A stretch of 64,000 bases of DNA from Candidatus Nomurabacteria bacterium (GTDB lineage: Bacteria; Patescibacteriota; Minisyncoccia; Phycocordibacterales; UBA9973): positions 104,031 to 168,030 of the forward strand of contig JBPOHU010000001.1 in NCBI GenBank assembly GCA_052035195.1. The letters run 5' to 3'. The notes beneath the pieces are model-generated. The model had not been told where the DNA came from. It saw nothing but the letters and a program-made list of their open reading frames with translations, and searched no databases. This document shows positions 45,655-53,808 of the stretch, in pieces (the stretch's first letter is position 1; each line of letters begins with the position of its first letter). Position numbers and translations under genes: made by a program.

Positions 45655-45981
45655 ATGAGAGTCTCAAAATACAAAAATGATATCGTTGGCTTATTTGCAA
45701 ATAGTCACACTTTAAACATCCAAGCTATTTTTGAAAAATTAGGCAAGCCTGATTTCTCAACAGTGTTTCGTAATGTTGAGCAACTTTGTTCTGAAGGAAT
45801 CCTAAAGAAAATAGTAGTAGATTTAAAAACAGTAGTTTATGAACTAGCTTCTCATGCTCATGGGCATTTTATTTGTACAAATTGTAAAAAAGTCTCTGCT
45901 ATAGATATAAAAATACCAAAAATAAAAGAAGGTACACCTTCTGATATTACTCTTTACGGATCTTGCCAAAAGTGTAAATAA
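45655..45981 (+). CDS. Fur-family metalloregulator (short)
   Basis: wHTH N-terminus, HAHGHFICTNCKKV and C-terminal CQKC metal-site pattern of Fur/Zur/PerR. Confidence 0.6.
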   Translation: MRVSKYKNDIVGLFANSHTLNIQAIFEKLGKPDFSTVFRNVEQLCSEGILKKIVVDLKTVVYELASHAHGHFICTNCKKVSAIDIKIPKIKEGTPSDITLYGSCQKCK

Positions 45982-46015
45982 AAATGAGCCTTTTGAGGGG
46001 CTCGTTGTAAAGTAA

Positions 46016-46360
46016 TTAATTTAAAATTTTTTTGGTGTACAGTTTCAAAATTTCCACAAGATCATCACTCACGTGGTAGTAAACACCGGTTCTATTGAGG
46101 TAACCTGAGTCTACTAAGCTATGCAAAGTGGCCAGAACTTCTTTTGGCAGGGGAGAAATGTTCTTACTCTTTGCCAGCTCTTCTGCCGTGAAGTAGGTCC
46201 ATTTTTCAGGATTTTTCTTTTGCTGAAATTTTACAATTTCCTCCAAAAGCGTCTCGGCATCCTCTTTAAAATAAGGTGCAACCTTAAAGTTAGGGACTAC
46301 ATTCAGAGGTAATACTTCGGGGTTAATTAATCCGGTCGAATAACTTACGTGCGGTTCCAT
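46016..46360 (-). CDS. hypothetical protein
   Basis: 114-aa ORF; no domain recognised. Confidence 0.3.
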   Translation of the reverse strand: MEPHVSYSTGLINPEVLPLNVVPNFKVAPYFKEDAETLLEEIVKFQQKKNPEKWTYFTAEELAKSKNISPLPKEVLATLHSLVDSGYLNRTGVYYHVSDDLVEILKLYTKKILN

Positions 46361-46453
46361 TTAATGGGGTTTTGGTTTTTAAAATTTTTTAAAATACTAT
46401 CATAAATATTCAAAAAGTCAAAAAATATGCTTAGATAGAGGGCTTATTCTATA

Positions 46454-46572
46454 TTGACAAAACACTCTAAATATGCTATTATATAGATATAGCTCTTTGA
46501 GATGTTTTAGTTGGTTTTCCAGAGTTTTCATCCGCCAACTGGCGGAAGGTTTTGGTAAATCAACTAAACAAT
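46454..46572 (+). promoter_or_regulatory. promoter (TTGACA-N17-TATTAT) plus ~85-nt conserved leader, copy 1
   Basis: About 85-90% identical to 49071-49192 from the -35 element to the start codon; flanking DNA is unrelated. Confidence 0.7.
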
Positions 46573-46911
46573 ATGCTACTTAAAATAATTAAAACCTTTT
46601 CCACGCTACTTATGGTGATTGCTATTATTTATCTTTCTTGGTTTATCTATCATCAAATAAAATATTCCAAACAAGAAAAAGTTATAGTGTCACTCGAAGC
46701 AAAAAATGAACAGAACAGAGAAGAATTTTACAAATTATCTGATTTGCGACATGAAATCAAAATGAATGACTATTTTGCGAAAACCGATAGTTTAGACACT
46801 GAAATATCAAAAAGAAACAAAATCGGAGAAAAAATTCTCCAACAAATAGACAGTGTCCGTAACGTCAAACGAGAGATTAATGCAAAAAGTACTTTCTGGA
46901 TAGTAAGGTGA
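46573..46911 (+). CDS. small membrane/coiled-coil protein
   Basis: MLLKIIKTFSTLLMVIAIIYLSWFIY TM helix then a charged coiled region. The finder's TTG start at 46552 is in the leader. Terminator AAGCCTCC...GGAGGCTTTTTTTATT at 46928-46958. Confidence 0.4.
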   Translation: MLLKIIKTFSTLLMVIAIIYLSWFIYHQIKYSKQEKVIVSLEAKNEQNREEFYKLSDLRHEIKMNDYFAKTDSLDTEISKRNKIGEKILQQIDSVRNVKREINAKSTFWIVR

Positions 46912-46977
46912 TTAAAAAACTATTAGCAAGCCTCCAAACAAAACGGAGGCTTTTTTTATTGCTTTATATATTACACA

Positions 46978-47006
46978 AAATAAAAAACTAGCATTTCTGC
47001 TAGTTT
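46978..47006 (-). terminator. intrinsic terminator of the ABC transporter (minus)
   Basis: Minus-strand read: AACTAGCA-gaaa-TGCTAGTT followed by TTTTTATTTT. Confidence 0.55.
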
Positions 47007-47011
47007 CGTTT

Positions 47012-48781
47012 TTAATTAATTGCAAGACCTTTTTGCCATAAAACATTAAATTGTTTATTAGATGACAAAAGATCACTGAGAGTTCCAGCGCCTACAATTC
47101 GTCCCTCGCTAAAGAAATATATCTTTTGGAATAAAGGGAGCAAATGAAGACGATGGATAGTTGAGATAACTGTTTTACCTTCAAACTCTTTAAAGATGTT
47201 TTTATAAACCTCCATTTCAGTAGCAGTATCTAAACTACTTGTAGGTTCATCGAGTAAAACAATATCTTTGTTATGACTAGCAAGAAGACCTCTTGCTAAA
47301 GCCAAACGTTGTTGCTGTCCACCACTGAGATTAACACCTTTTTCTTTGATAGAGGTGTCAAACTTTTTTGGTAATTTATCAGCAACCTCAGTAAAGCAAG
47401 CCATGTCGGTATACTTTTTAACAAAATCCATTTCATATTCTGCTCCTAATGTAATATTTTCAATTATTGTAGTTGCAAATATTTCTGGATTTTGTGGCAC
47501 CAACGAGATTGCCTGACTTATACTCTCAAAACCATCAGATAAATCTTGCCCATCTACTTTTAAATGAATACTTTTTGGGCAATATAAATCCCTAACAACC
47601 TTTAATAAGGTTGTTTTACCACTTCCTGTTTCTCCAACAAGTGCAATGTGTTCACCTTTTTGTATAGACATAGAAATGTCTTCCAGGTGTAACTCGCAAG
47701 ACTCTTCATTGTGGTAAGAAAAATTAAGATTTTTAATTTCCAACTGTTTCCAATCTTTAGGTAATAAATGATTGGTAAAGTTTTCTATCTTAAAATCTTC
47801 TGTTAATTCTTCTGAGTTAACTACCTTGGCCTTACGATGCAAAGTGTCTCCGTACATGCTAGTAAATTTAAAAAATAATTCACTAACCCTGCCTAGATAA
47901 TTGATAAGAAGATAAACACTTCCTACCAAAACACCTTGTGTAGTTCCTATGTGTTGCCAAAAATAAACAGCCAAAACGATTACTGTCATACCAGAGCAAC
48001 ACATATTTGTCAGAAACCATTTAAGTTCAACCAAGCGATTGTTCTTTTTGAAGAGTTCATACGGCTTTTCTACCTTGCTAGCAATAGCGCTAAAGACCAA
48101 TCTTTCAACCCTAAGAATGATAACTGTTGTGATATTACTAATAGCGTCAAAAACACTTTCAGAAACATTATTTTCATAACGATTCAGTTGTTTATATTGA
48201 TCGATAATAACTCGATCAAATCGCATAGTTATCCAAATACTTATCAGTATCATTCCTAGTACAATAAAAGATGACGAGGGACTAAAATAAATAAGCATAG
48301 CGTAGCTTACAACAAACTGTACAATTGCTGAGATAACTAAAAAAGAATTCTCAGAAAATGAATACAGCCCGCTCGCTCCTTTTTCTATTCTATCTATCGT
48401 ATCTCCCGAATGATGGTCAACGTGCCACTCCATAGGAAGCGACATTACTCCTTTCAACAAGTGTTTTCGATAACTTGCCCTAGCCTTAAAAGCATTAATA
48501 CGCTCTATAAGCCTAGCAGGACCATGGAACCCCCAAAATAGTACATCGATAAGTACAGTGAGGGACAAGAGCGTCAGAAGTAAACCAATATTTTCTTTTG
48601 TAATTCCTTGCTTGGTAATTACATCAATTATCTTGGCCCATATTATAGGACCAGGAACTAACTCAACTATATTTGCTGTGATAAACATAGCCCAGTACAG
48701 TACAATTTTACTTTTATTACCGTCTGAATACTGCCATGTTTTTCTAAGCAAATAGGAGAGTGGGTTTTGATTTTTTCTCAT
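47012..48781 (-). CDS. ABC transporter, fused permease/ATP-binding protein (MsbA-like exporter)
   Basis: Six-TM N-terminal domain; Walker A GETGSGKTT, signature LSGGQQQRLALARGL, Walker B VLLDEPTSSLD. Confidence 0.8.
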   Translation of the reverse strand: MRKNQNPLSYLLRKTWQYSDGNKSKIVLYWAMFITANIVELVPGPIIWAKIIDVITKQGITKENIGLLLTLLSLTVLIDVLFWGFHGPARLIERINAFKARASYRKHLLKGVMSLPMEWHVDHHSGDTIDRIEKGASGLYSFSENSFLVISAIVQFVVSYAMLIYFSPSSSFIVLGMILISIWITMRFDRVIIDQYKQLNRYENNVSESVFDAISNITTVIILRVERLVFSAIASKVEKPYELFKKNNRLVELKWFLTNMCCSGMTVIVLAVYFWQHIGTTQGVLVGSVYLLINYLGRVSELFFKFTSMYGDTLHRKAKVVNSEELTEDFKIENFTNHLLPKDWKQLEIKNLNFSYHNEESCELHLEDISMSIQKGEHIALVGETGSGKTTLLKVVRDLYCPKSIHLKVDGQDLSDGFESISQAISLVPQNPEIFATTIIENITLGAEYEMDFVKKYTDMACFTEVADKLPKKFDTSIKEKGVNLSGGQQQRLALARGLLASHNKDIVLLDEPTSSLDTATEMEVYKNIFKEFEGKTVISTIHRLHLLPLFQKIYFFSEGRIVGAGTLSDLLSSNKQFNVLWQKGLAIN

Positions 48782-49019
48782 ATTTTTTTATTTAGTTGTG
48801 AAAAGAACATTTTTATTGCTCAACAAAAAATTCCAGCTTCTGCCGAGCTGGAATTTCTGTAGTAAAAGAGAAACTAAAAGCTAGGCACAAACCTATTGTT
48901 GGCGTCAAAAGAGACGAGGAAGGTGAGTTGACCCTTCCAAGGCATTCGCGCGATGTATTGGTTTGTATTGCTTTTTTTCATAACCCTTTGATAATAGCAT
49001 ATTTTATAAAAATGTAAAG
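48782..49019 (-). promoter_or_regulatory. promoter (TTTACA-N17-TATTAT, minus) and ~200-nt structured 5' UTR with an attenuator-like hairpin+U-tract
   Basis: Minus-strand read: hairpin AATTCCAGC-tcggcagaa-GCTGGAATT then TTTTTTG ~40 nt before the start codon. Upstream candidate P1 ACAAACC/GGTTTGT encloses a GGAAGG...CCTTCC hairpin. Confidence 0.45.
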
Positions 49020-49070
49020 AATAAGTAAAAAATCACTTAATTTTATTGGCTAGAATGTACAAAATAATGT

Positions 49071-49192
49071 TTGACAAAACACTCTAAATATGCTATTATA
49101 TAAGTATAGTTCTTTGAGATGTTTTAGTTGGTTTTCCAGAGCATTCTTTCTACCAGACAAAAAGTTTTGGTAAACCAATTAAAATTTAGTTT
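49071..49192 (+). promoter_or_regulatory. promoter plus conserved leader, copy 2
   Basis: TTGACAAAACACTCTAAATATGCTATTATATAAGTATAGTTCTTTGAGATGTTTTAGTTGGTTTTCCAGAG...GTTTTGGTAAACCAATTAAA matches copy 1. Confidence 0.7.
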
Positions 49193-49363
49193 ATGAAATA
49201 TTTAACCCCTGTTGGTATTTTTTTAATTTTTTCGTTTATCGTAATATTCATTGTTGCGGCAGCTACGAAAAATTTTTACGCTTTCGGTTTTAGCGAATTG
49301 TGCGCCCTGGCTGGTATTGCCTGTGTAGCAAAAGCAAACAGAAAAGAAAAAACACCGGCGTAA
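49193..49363 (+). CDS. 56-aa small membrane protein
   Basis: Hand translation MKYLTPVGIFLIFSFIVIFIVAAATKNFYAFGFSELCALAGIACVAKANRKEKTPA. Followed by terminator GCCTTCTCC-aaaa-GAGGAGGCTTTTTTT (49385-49413). Confidence 0.35.
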   Translation: MKYLTPVGIFLIFSFIVIFIVAAATKNFYAFGFSELCALAGIACVAKANRKEKTPA

Positions 49364-49445
49364 TGTACCCACAAAAAATACAAAGCCTTCTCCAAAAGAG
49401 GAGGCTTTTTTTATTGCCTTTTTTATTGTAAAATACACCTTATAT

Positions 49446-50906
49446 ATGGCATCGCTAGAAGAGCTCCGAGAGGAGAGACTAAAGAAGAAAGCTATTCTCG
49501 AGGAGAAAGGCTTTGATACTTATCCTGCAAAGACTGAGCGTACTCACACTATATTTCAGTTCAAAACCCAATTTGAAGCTCTTGCAGAGAGCAAAGAACA
49601 AGTAACTCTAGCTGGGCGTATCATGAGTGCTCGTGGACAAGGAGCCCTAGCTTTTTCTGATATTTTTGATGGATCAGGAAAGACACAGCTTTTCTTGAAA
49701 AGTGACGAGATGGATGCGGAAGCTTATGCACTCTGGAACGAAACTACCGATGTCGGAGATTTCGTTGAAGCAACAGGTATTGCATATATGACAAAAAGAG
49801 GCGAACAAGCTCTATTTGTCTCTGGGTGGCGCATGCTTACCAAAAGCCTTCTTCCTCTTCCTGAGAAATGGCACGGCATCACTGATCCAGACGAGAGATA
49901 CCGCAAGCGATACCTAGATATCCTCACTGATTCAGAACTCCAAGATCTCTTCTACAAGAAGTCACAATTTTGGGAAGTCACTCGCAACTTTATGAAAGAA
50001 GCTGGTTTTCTAGAAGTAGAAACTCCAACAGTTGAAGTAACTACCGGTGGAGCAGAAGCCAATCCTTTCAAGACACATCACAACGACTTTGATATCGATG
50101 TCTTTATGCGTATCTCTGTCGGAGAACTCTGGCAAAAGCGATTAATGGCTGCAGGCTTCGCCAAGACATTTGAAATAGGACGCGTATATAGAAATGAAGG
50201 CTCAAGTCCTGACCACCTCCAAGAATTCACCAATATGGAGTTCTACTGGGCTTTTGCTGACTACCAAATGGGTATGGACCTTGTAGAGCGACTATATAAG
50301 AAAATAGCAGTGGACGTATTCGGCAAGACTGAGTTCACAACTCGCGGACATACTTTTGATCTCGGAGCAGAATGGAAGAAAATTGATTACGTAGAGGAAG
50401 TAGAAAAGCAAACAGGTATCAATGTACTCGATGCATCTGACGAAGACATGAAAGCCAAGCTCGATGAACTCGGTGTGAAATACGAAGGTGCAAACAGGGA
50501 ACGCCTCACTGACACACTTTGGAAATATTGCCGAAAGAATATCTCTGGTCCTGCATTTCTCGTACGCATTCCAAAACTCGTCTCACCGCTAGCAAAAGCA
50601 TGTACTGATGATCCAAGAGTAACAGAAAGATTCCAAGTTATGCTTGCCGGAAGTGAAGTAGGGAATGGCTTCTCAGAACTCAATGACCCTATAGACCAAC
50701 GTGCTCGCTTTGAACTCCAACAAAAGCTCATAGAAAGTGGCGATGAAGAAGCAATGATGCCTGAATGGGAATTCGTAGAAATGCTAGAGCATGGCATGCC
50801 ACCTACTTGTGGCTTTGGCTTCGGTGAAAGACTCTTTGCATTTCTTGTAGACAAACCACTTCGCGAGACTCAACTCTTTCCACTACTTAAGCCTAAGAAT
50901 GAGTAA
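49446..50906 (+). CDS. lysS: lysyl-tRNA synthetase (class II)
   Basis: N-terminal OB anticodon-binding domain; class II motifs including FRNEG (IGRVYRNEGSSPDHLQEFTNME) and GFGFGERL. Confidence 0.9.
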   Translation: MASLEELREERLKKKAILEEKGFDTYPAKTERTHTIFQFKTQFEALAESKEQVTLAGRIMSARGQGALAFSDIFDGSGKTQLFLKSDEMDAEAYALWNETTDVGDFVEATGIAYMTKRGEQALFVSGWRMLTKSLLPLPEKWHGITDPDERYRKRYLDILTDSELQDLFYKKSQFWEVTRNFMKEAGFLEVETPTVEVTTGGAEANPFKTHHNDFDIDVFMRISVGELWQKRLMAAGFAKTFEIGRVYRNEGSSPDHLQEFTNMEFYWAFADYQMGMDLVERLYKKIAVDVFGKTEFTTRGHTFDLGAEWKKIDYVEEVEKQTGINVLDASDEDMKAKLDELGVKYEGANRERLTDTLWKYCRKNISGPAFLVRIPKLVSPLAKACTDDPRVTERFQVMLAGSEVGNGFSELNDPIDQRARFELQQKLIESGDEEAMMPEWEFVEMLEHGMPPTCGFGFGERLFAFLVDKPLRETQLFPLLKPKNE

Positions 50907-50908
50907 GT

Positions 50909-51523
50909 ATGAGAAACTGGTTAAAAGAAATTGGTAATAAAGTAGTTACTAACCTTGCCGGAACTCTTATTTTAGCTGTACTAGCATTAATAGTACCAAC
51001 AACAAGAAACCTTCTAAAACTATACTGGAAACAAATACTATTTTTTATCGTATTAACGGCGTTAATATATATTGTCTTATATTTATTTAAAAAAAATAGA
51101 AAAAATGAGTCTGACATATCAACATTAAAAGCTGATATATATGATATAAAAAACAAAAAACCTCTACCAAAAGAATCCGGTTCAGCAGAAATTGAAAATC
51201 TGAATAGGAAAGTAACTAAAATAGAGGATGACTTATACGAACTAAAAAGGTCTAACTTCTATAAAAAAGCAGAAGATTATGAAAAATCTGAGAAACGTGG
51301 AGCCCTATTATGTAGACTAGATGTTATTGATCTAGATATTAAAAAAGGTTATGAATTTAATCTAGAAGAATCCTTGGAGGATTTGTTTAGATATGTTAAA
51401 AAACAAACAGGTTTTCTTACACAAGATTTATCTGATGTAAAAAATTGTTTAAATAAAATATCAAATGATGGACATAAGGAAGTTGTCGATCAAATATTAA
51501 GTCAAATTAAATCAAAAATTTAA
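50909..51523 (+). CDS. hypothetical membrane + coiled-coil protein
   Basis: Two TM helices then charged coiled-coil; very AT-rich; the stop overlaps the next start (TAATATG). Confidence 0.4.
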   Translation: MRNWLKEIGNKVVTNLAGTLILAVLALIVPTTRNLLKLYWKQILFFIVLTALIYIVLYLFKKNRKNESDISTLKADIYDIKNKKPLPKESGSAEIENLNRKVTKIEDDLYELKRSNFYKKAEDYEKSEKRGALLCRLDVIDLDIKKGYEFNLEESLEDLFRYVKKQTGFLTQDLSDVKNCLNKISNDGHKEVVDQILSQIKSKI

Positions 51524-51524
51524 T

Positions 51525-52055
51525 ATGAAAAAACCAACCCTTCTAGTAACCTTTGGTTTTCCTGGTTCTGGTAAATCATATTTTTCTGAAAAACTTTCAA
51601 AAGAAAAAGGTTTCTTTCATATCAATTCTGATGTCATACGATTTACACTTTTTAAAAACCCTTCGTTTACAAAAGAAGAACATGAAGGGGTTTTCGCGCT
51701 CATGGATCTTATAACTGAAAATTTACTCAAATCTGGAGTAAGTGTTATCTATGATTGCAATACAAATCTTAGTTCACACCGAACAAGAATAAGGAACTTG
51801 GCAAAGAAATCTAAGGCTAATCATTGCTTAATTTGGATAAAAACAGATATAAAACTTGCTGAGAAAAGACTAGAAAAGAGGTTTGAAATAAAAGATGGAA
51901 AAAAGAAACTTATGTACAGACCCGTCACACTTGAAACTCTCCACAAGTTAAAAAATGAAATGCAAATACCAAAGGGTGCCGAAAAATTTATAATAATAGA
52001 AGGACACTTACCATTTTCAAAACAAATTAAAACATTAGAAAAAGTGCTAAAATAA
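51525..52055 (+). CDS. P-loop kinase (AAA_33 / polynucleotide-kinase-like)
   Basis: LLVTFGFPGSGKSYFS Walker A at the N-terminus; ~175 aa. Confidence 0.55.
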   Translation: MKKPTLLVTFGFPGSGKSYFSEKLSKEKGFFHINSDVIRFTLFKNPSFTKEEHEGVFALMDLITENLLKSGVSVIYDCNTNLSSHRTRIRNLAKKSKANHCLIWIKTDIKLAEKRLEKRFEIKDGKKKLMYRPVTLETLHKLKNEMQIPKGAEKFIIIEGHLPFSKQIKTLEKVLK

Positions 52056-52059
52056 ACAT

Positions 52060-52629
52060 ATGAACCAAGTCATTTTAATTCACGGCATGCCGGATAAAGA
52101 AGAGTATTATGACCCAAACACTGAGTCTTCTTCAAATCGTCAATGGTTACCATGGGCACAAAAAGAGCTTTCAAAGAAAGACATTCTTACCCAAGCACTA
52201 GAAATGCCACACCCTTACAACCCTGTATATGAAGACCATTGTGAAGTTTTTGAGCAAATGAAAATCTCTAGCGAAACTATCCTTGTAGGGCACTCTTGCG
52301 GAGCGGGGTTTTTGCTTCGATATTTTTCAGAACATCCAGAACTAAAGCCAAAGAAAATAATCCTTGTCGCTCCATGGATAGACCCAGAACCTCATGAGCT
52401 CGATACAGGATTTTTTGATTTCACTATAGACGCATCTCTCACAGATAGAACTAGTCTTGTTGTATTTTATTCTACAGATGATGACGATGTTTGCGTACGT
52501 TCAGCAGAAATAATTAAAGAAGCACTTCCAAATGCTACATATCACAAATTTGATAACAAAGGTCACTTCACAAAAGGCGACCTCGGCACCGAAGAATTCC
52601 CTGAACTCCTAGAGGAGGTATTAAAGTAA
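52060..52629 (+). CDS. alpha/beta hydrolase (YdeN/RBBP9-like serine hydrolase)
   Basis: ILVGHSCGAGF nucleophile elbow GHSxG; ~190-aa fold typical of the YdeN family. Confidence 0.5.
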   Translation: MNQVILIHGMPDKEEYYDPNTESSSNRQWLPWAQKELSKKDILTQALEMPHPYNPVYEDHCEVFEQMKISSETILVGHSCGAGFLLRYFSEHPELKPKKIILVAPWIDPEPHELDTGFFDFTIDASLTDRTSLVVFYSTDDDDVCVRSAEIIKEALPNATYHKFDNKGHFTKGDLGTEEFPELLEEVLK

Positions 52630-53253
52630 TTCTTTTATTTCACTCAAGTTCTCTACATGCTTCCAGGCAAACTCTTTGAGTGGTTCATAACTACCTATTT
52701 GAATAGCTTTCTTTGTGCGTTTAAATATCTCTAGATCATTTCCACCATCACCAACCATAATAGTCTCACTTGGGTCTACGCCATGCTCGGCACACACTCT
52801 TTCAAAAATACGTAGCTTGGCAGGAGCTTCATCTTTATCATTTGCAATATCTTCAAAAGTGCCGTCATCACGAAATACTATCTCAGAACAAGTGTATGAC
52901 AAGTCGATTCCTAAACGCGCACGGAAACTTTCAGCAATTTGCTTCATTGTTCCAGAAACAATGATTGTAGTATAACCAAATTCTTTACAAGCATTTATTA
53001 GGTCCTGTGTCTCAGGGCGGGGGAGTATAGAGTTTGCAAACTCTTCTACCTTTTCTTTTGTACAAAGATTTTTCTCTCTAATAATTTTTACAATCAAATC
53101 ATCCCACTGTTCATAAGTAAGAATTCCGCGCTTATACCAATCAAACATTACATTGTCCTCAGCTTCAGACATTCCAAAAGCAAGATTAAATAAATACCAA
53201 CTATTAGTAGGTGAAAGAGTGCCGTCTAGGTCAAAAAATATAAGCTTTTTCAT
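52621..53253 (-). CDS. HAD-superfamily hydrolase (subfamily IB, phosphoserine-phosphatase-like)
   Basis: MKKLIFFDLDGTLSP DxDGT motif; GDGGNDLEIF motif IV. The finder's extension to 53361 is rejected. Confidence 0.6.
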   Translation of the reverse strand: MKKLIFFDLDGTLSPTNSWYLFNLAFGMSEAEDNVMFDWYKRGILTYEQWDDLIVKIIREKNLCTKEKVEEFANSILPRPETQDLINACKEFGYTTIIVSGTMKQIAESFRARLGIDLSYTCSEIVFRDDGTFEDIANDKDEAPAKLRIFERVCAEHGVDPSETIMVGDGGNDLEIFKRTKKAIQIGSYEPLKEFAWKHVENLSEIKELL

Positions 53254-53314
53254 AGGTAAATCATAACATAGGGCTTGCCCTGAGCTTGCCGAAGGGTTTT
53301 CCCCACCATTTTTC

Positions 53315-53343
53315 TTGCATGTGAACGATTGTTCACATATAAT
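53315..53343 (+). promoter_or_regulatory. SOS-regulated promoter: TTGCAT-N17-TATAAT with a Cheo-type LexA box GAAC-GATT-GTTC in the spacer
   Basis: TTGCATGTGAACGATTGTTCACATATAAT; box 53323-53334 lies within the perfect palindrome ATGTGAAC-gatt-GTTCACAT. Confidence 0.7.
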
Positions 53344-53418
53344 AAAAACATACAAGTTCATCCCGCTACGGCGGGAAGTAATAAATAAAAACCCACGCCA
53401 TTAGCGGGGCAAGCATAT

Positions 53419-53613
53419 ATGACAACTGCACAATATCAAAAAAGTTTACAAAGAGAACTAGCAAAGCTAAACCAACGCATCGATATGATGATCATAAAAG
53501 GTCAATCATACGTAGCGGAATCAAAGAAGCACAAGATGTTGCTCCGACAACTTCGAAGTCTACAAGGTCAGAGCTTCTTTAGTAGATTTATGACAAATTC
53601 AATGAGTTTCTAA
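53419..53613 (+). CDS. small hypothetical protein (64 aa, MTT...), first gene of the lexA operon
   Basis: ORF ~75 nt downstream of the SOS promoter. Confidence 0.35.
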   Translation: MTTAQYQKSLQRELAKLNQRIDMMIIKGQSYVAESKKHKMLLRQLRSLQGQSFFSRFMTNSMSF

Positions 53614-53614
53614 T

Positions 53615-53803
53615 ATGACTACAAGCCCACAGTTTCGCCAAGCCATAGCCAGCAATCTAGAGAGACTGAACTCTCTGACTTTCAGATCAGAACCCCATGC
53701 TACACTTCATATGTACCTACAAGACTATGCCAAGAGAAACTATCTCCGCAAACAAAAGTCTAACAATATTTTGACTTCTTTCTTTTTGCAAAAAGTCTTC
53801 TAA
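53615..53803 (+). CDS. small hypothetical protein (62 aa, MTT...), possible paralogue of the preceding ORF
   Basis: Starts 2 nt after the previous stop; similar N-terminal pattern MTTxxQ(F/Y)...L.(K/R)LN. Confidence 0.35.
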   Translation: MTTSPQFRQAIASNLERLNSLTFRSEPHATLHMYLQDYAKRNYLRKQKSNNILTSFFLQKVF

Positions 53804-53808
53804 TACAT

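Noticed and set aside
48790-49070. SRP RNA / 6S RNA / tmRNA in the intergenic region upstream of the ABC transporter
   Set aside because: Hairpins are present but none of the family-specific conserved motifs could be recognised by eye. It is reported instead as a structured 5' UTR candidate.
52621-53361. 246-aa version of the HAD hydrolase
   Set aside because: The N-terminal 36 aa run across the SOS promoter/LexA box and have a low-complexity, GC-biased composition. The HAD DxDGT motif follows the internal ATG at 53253.
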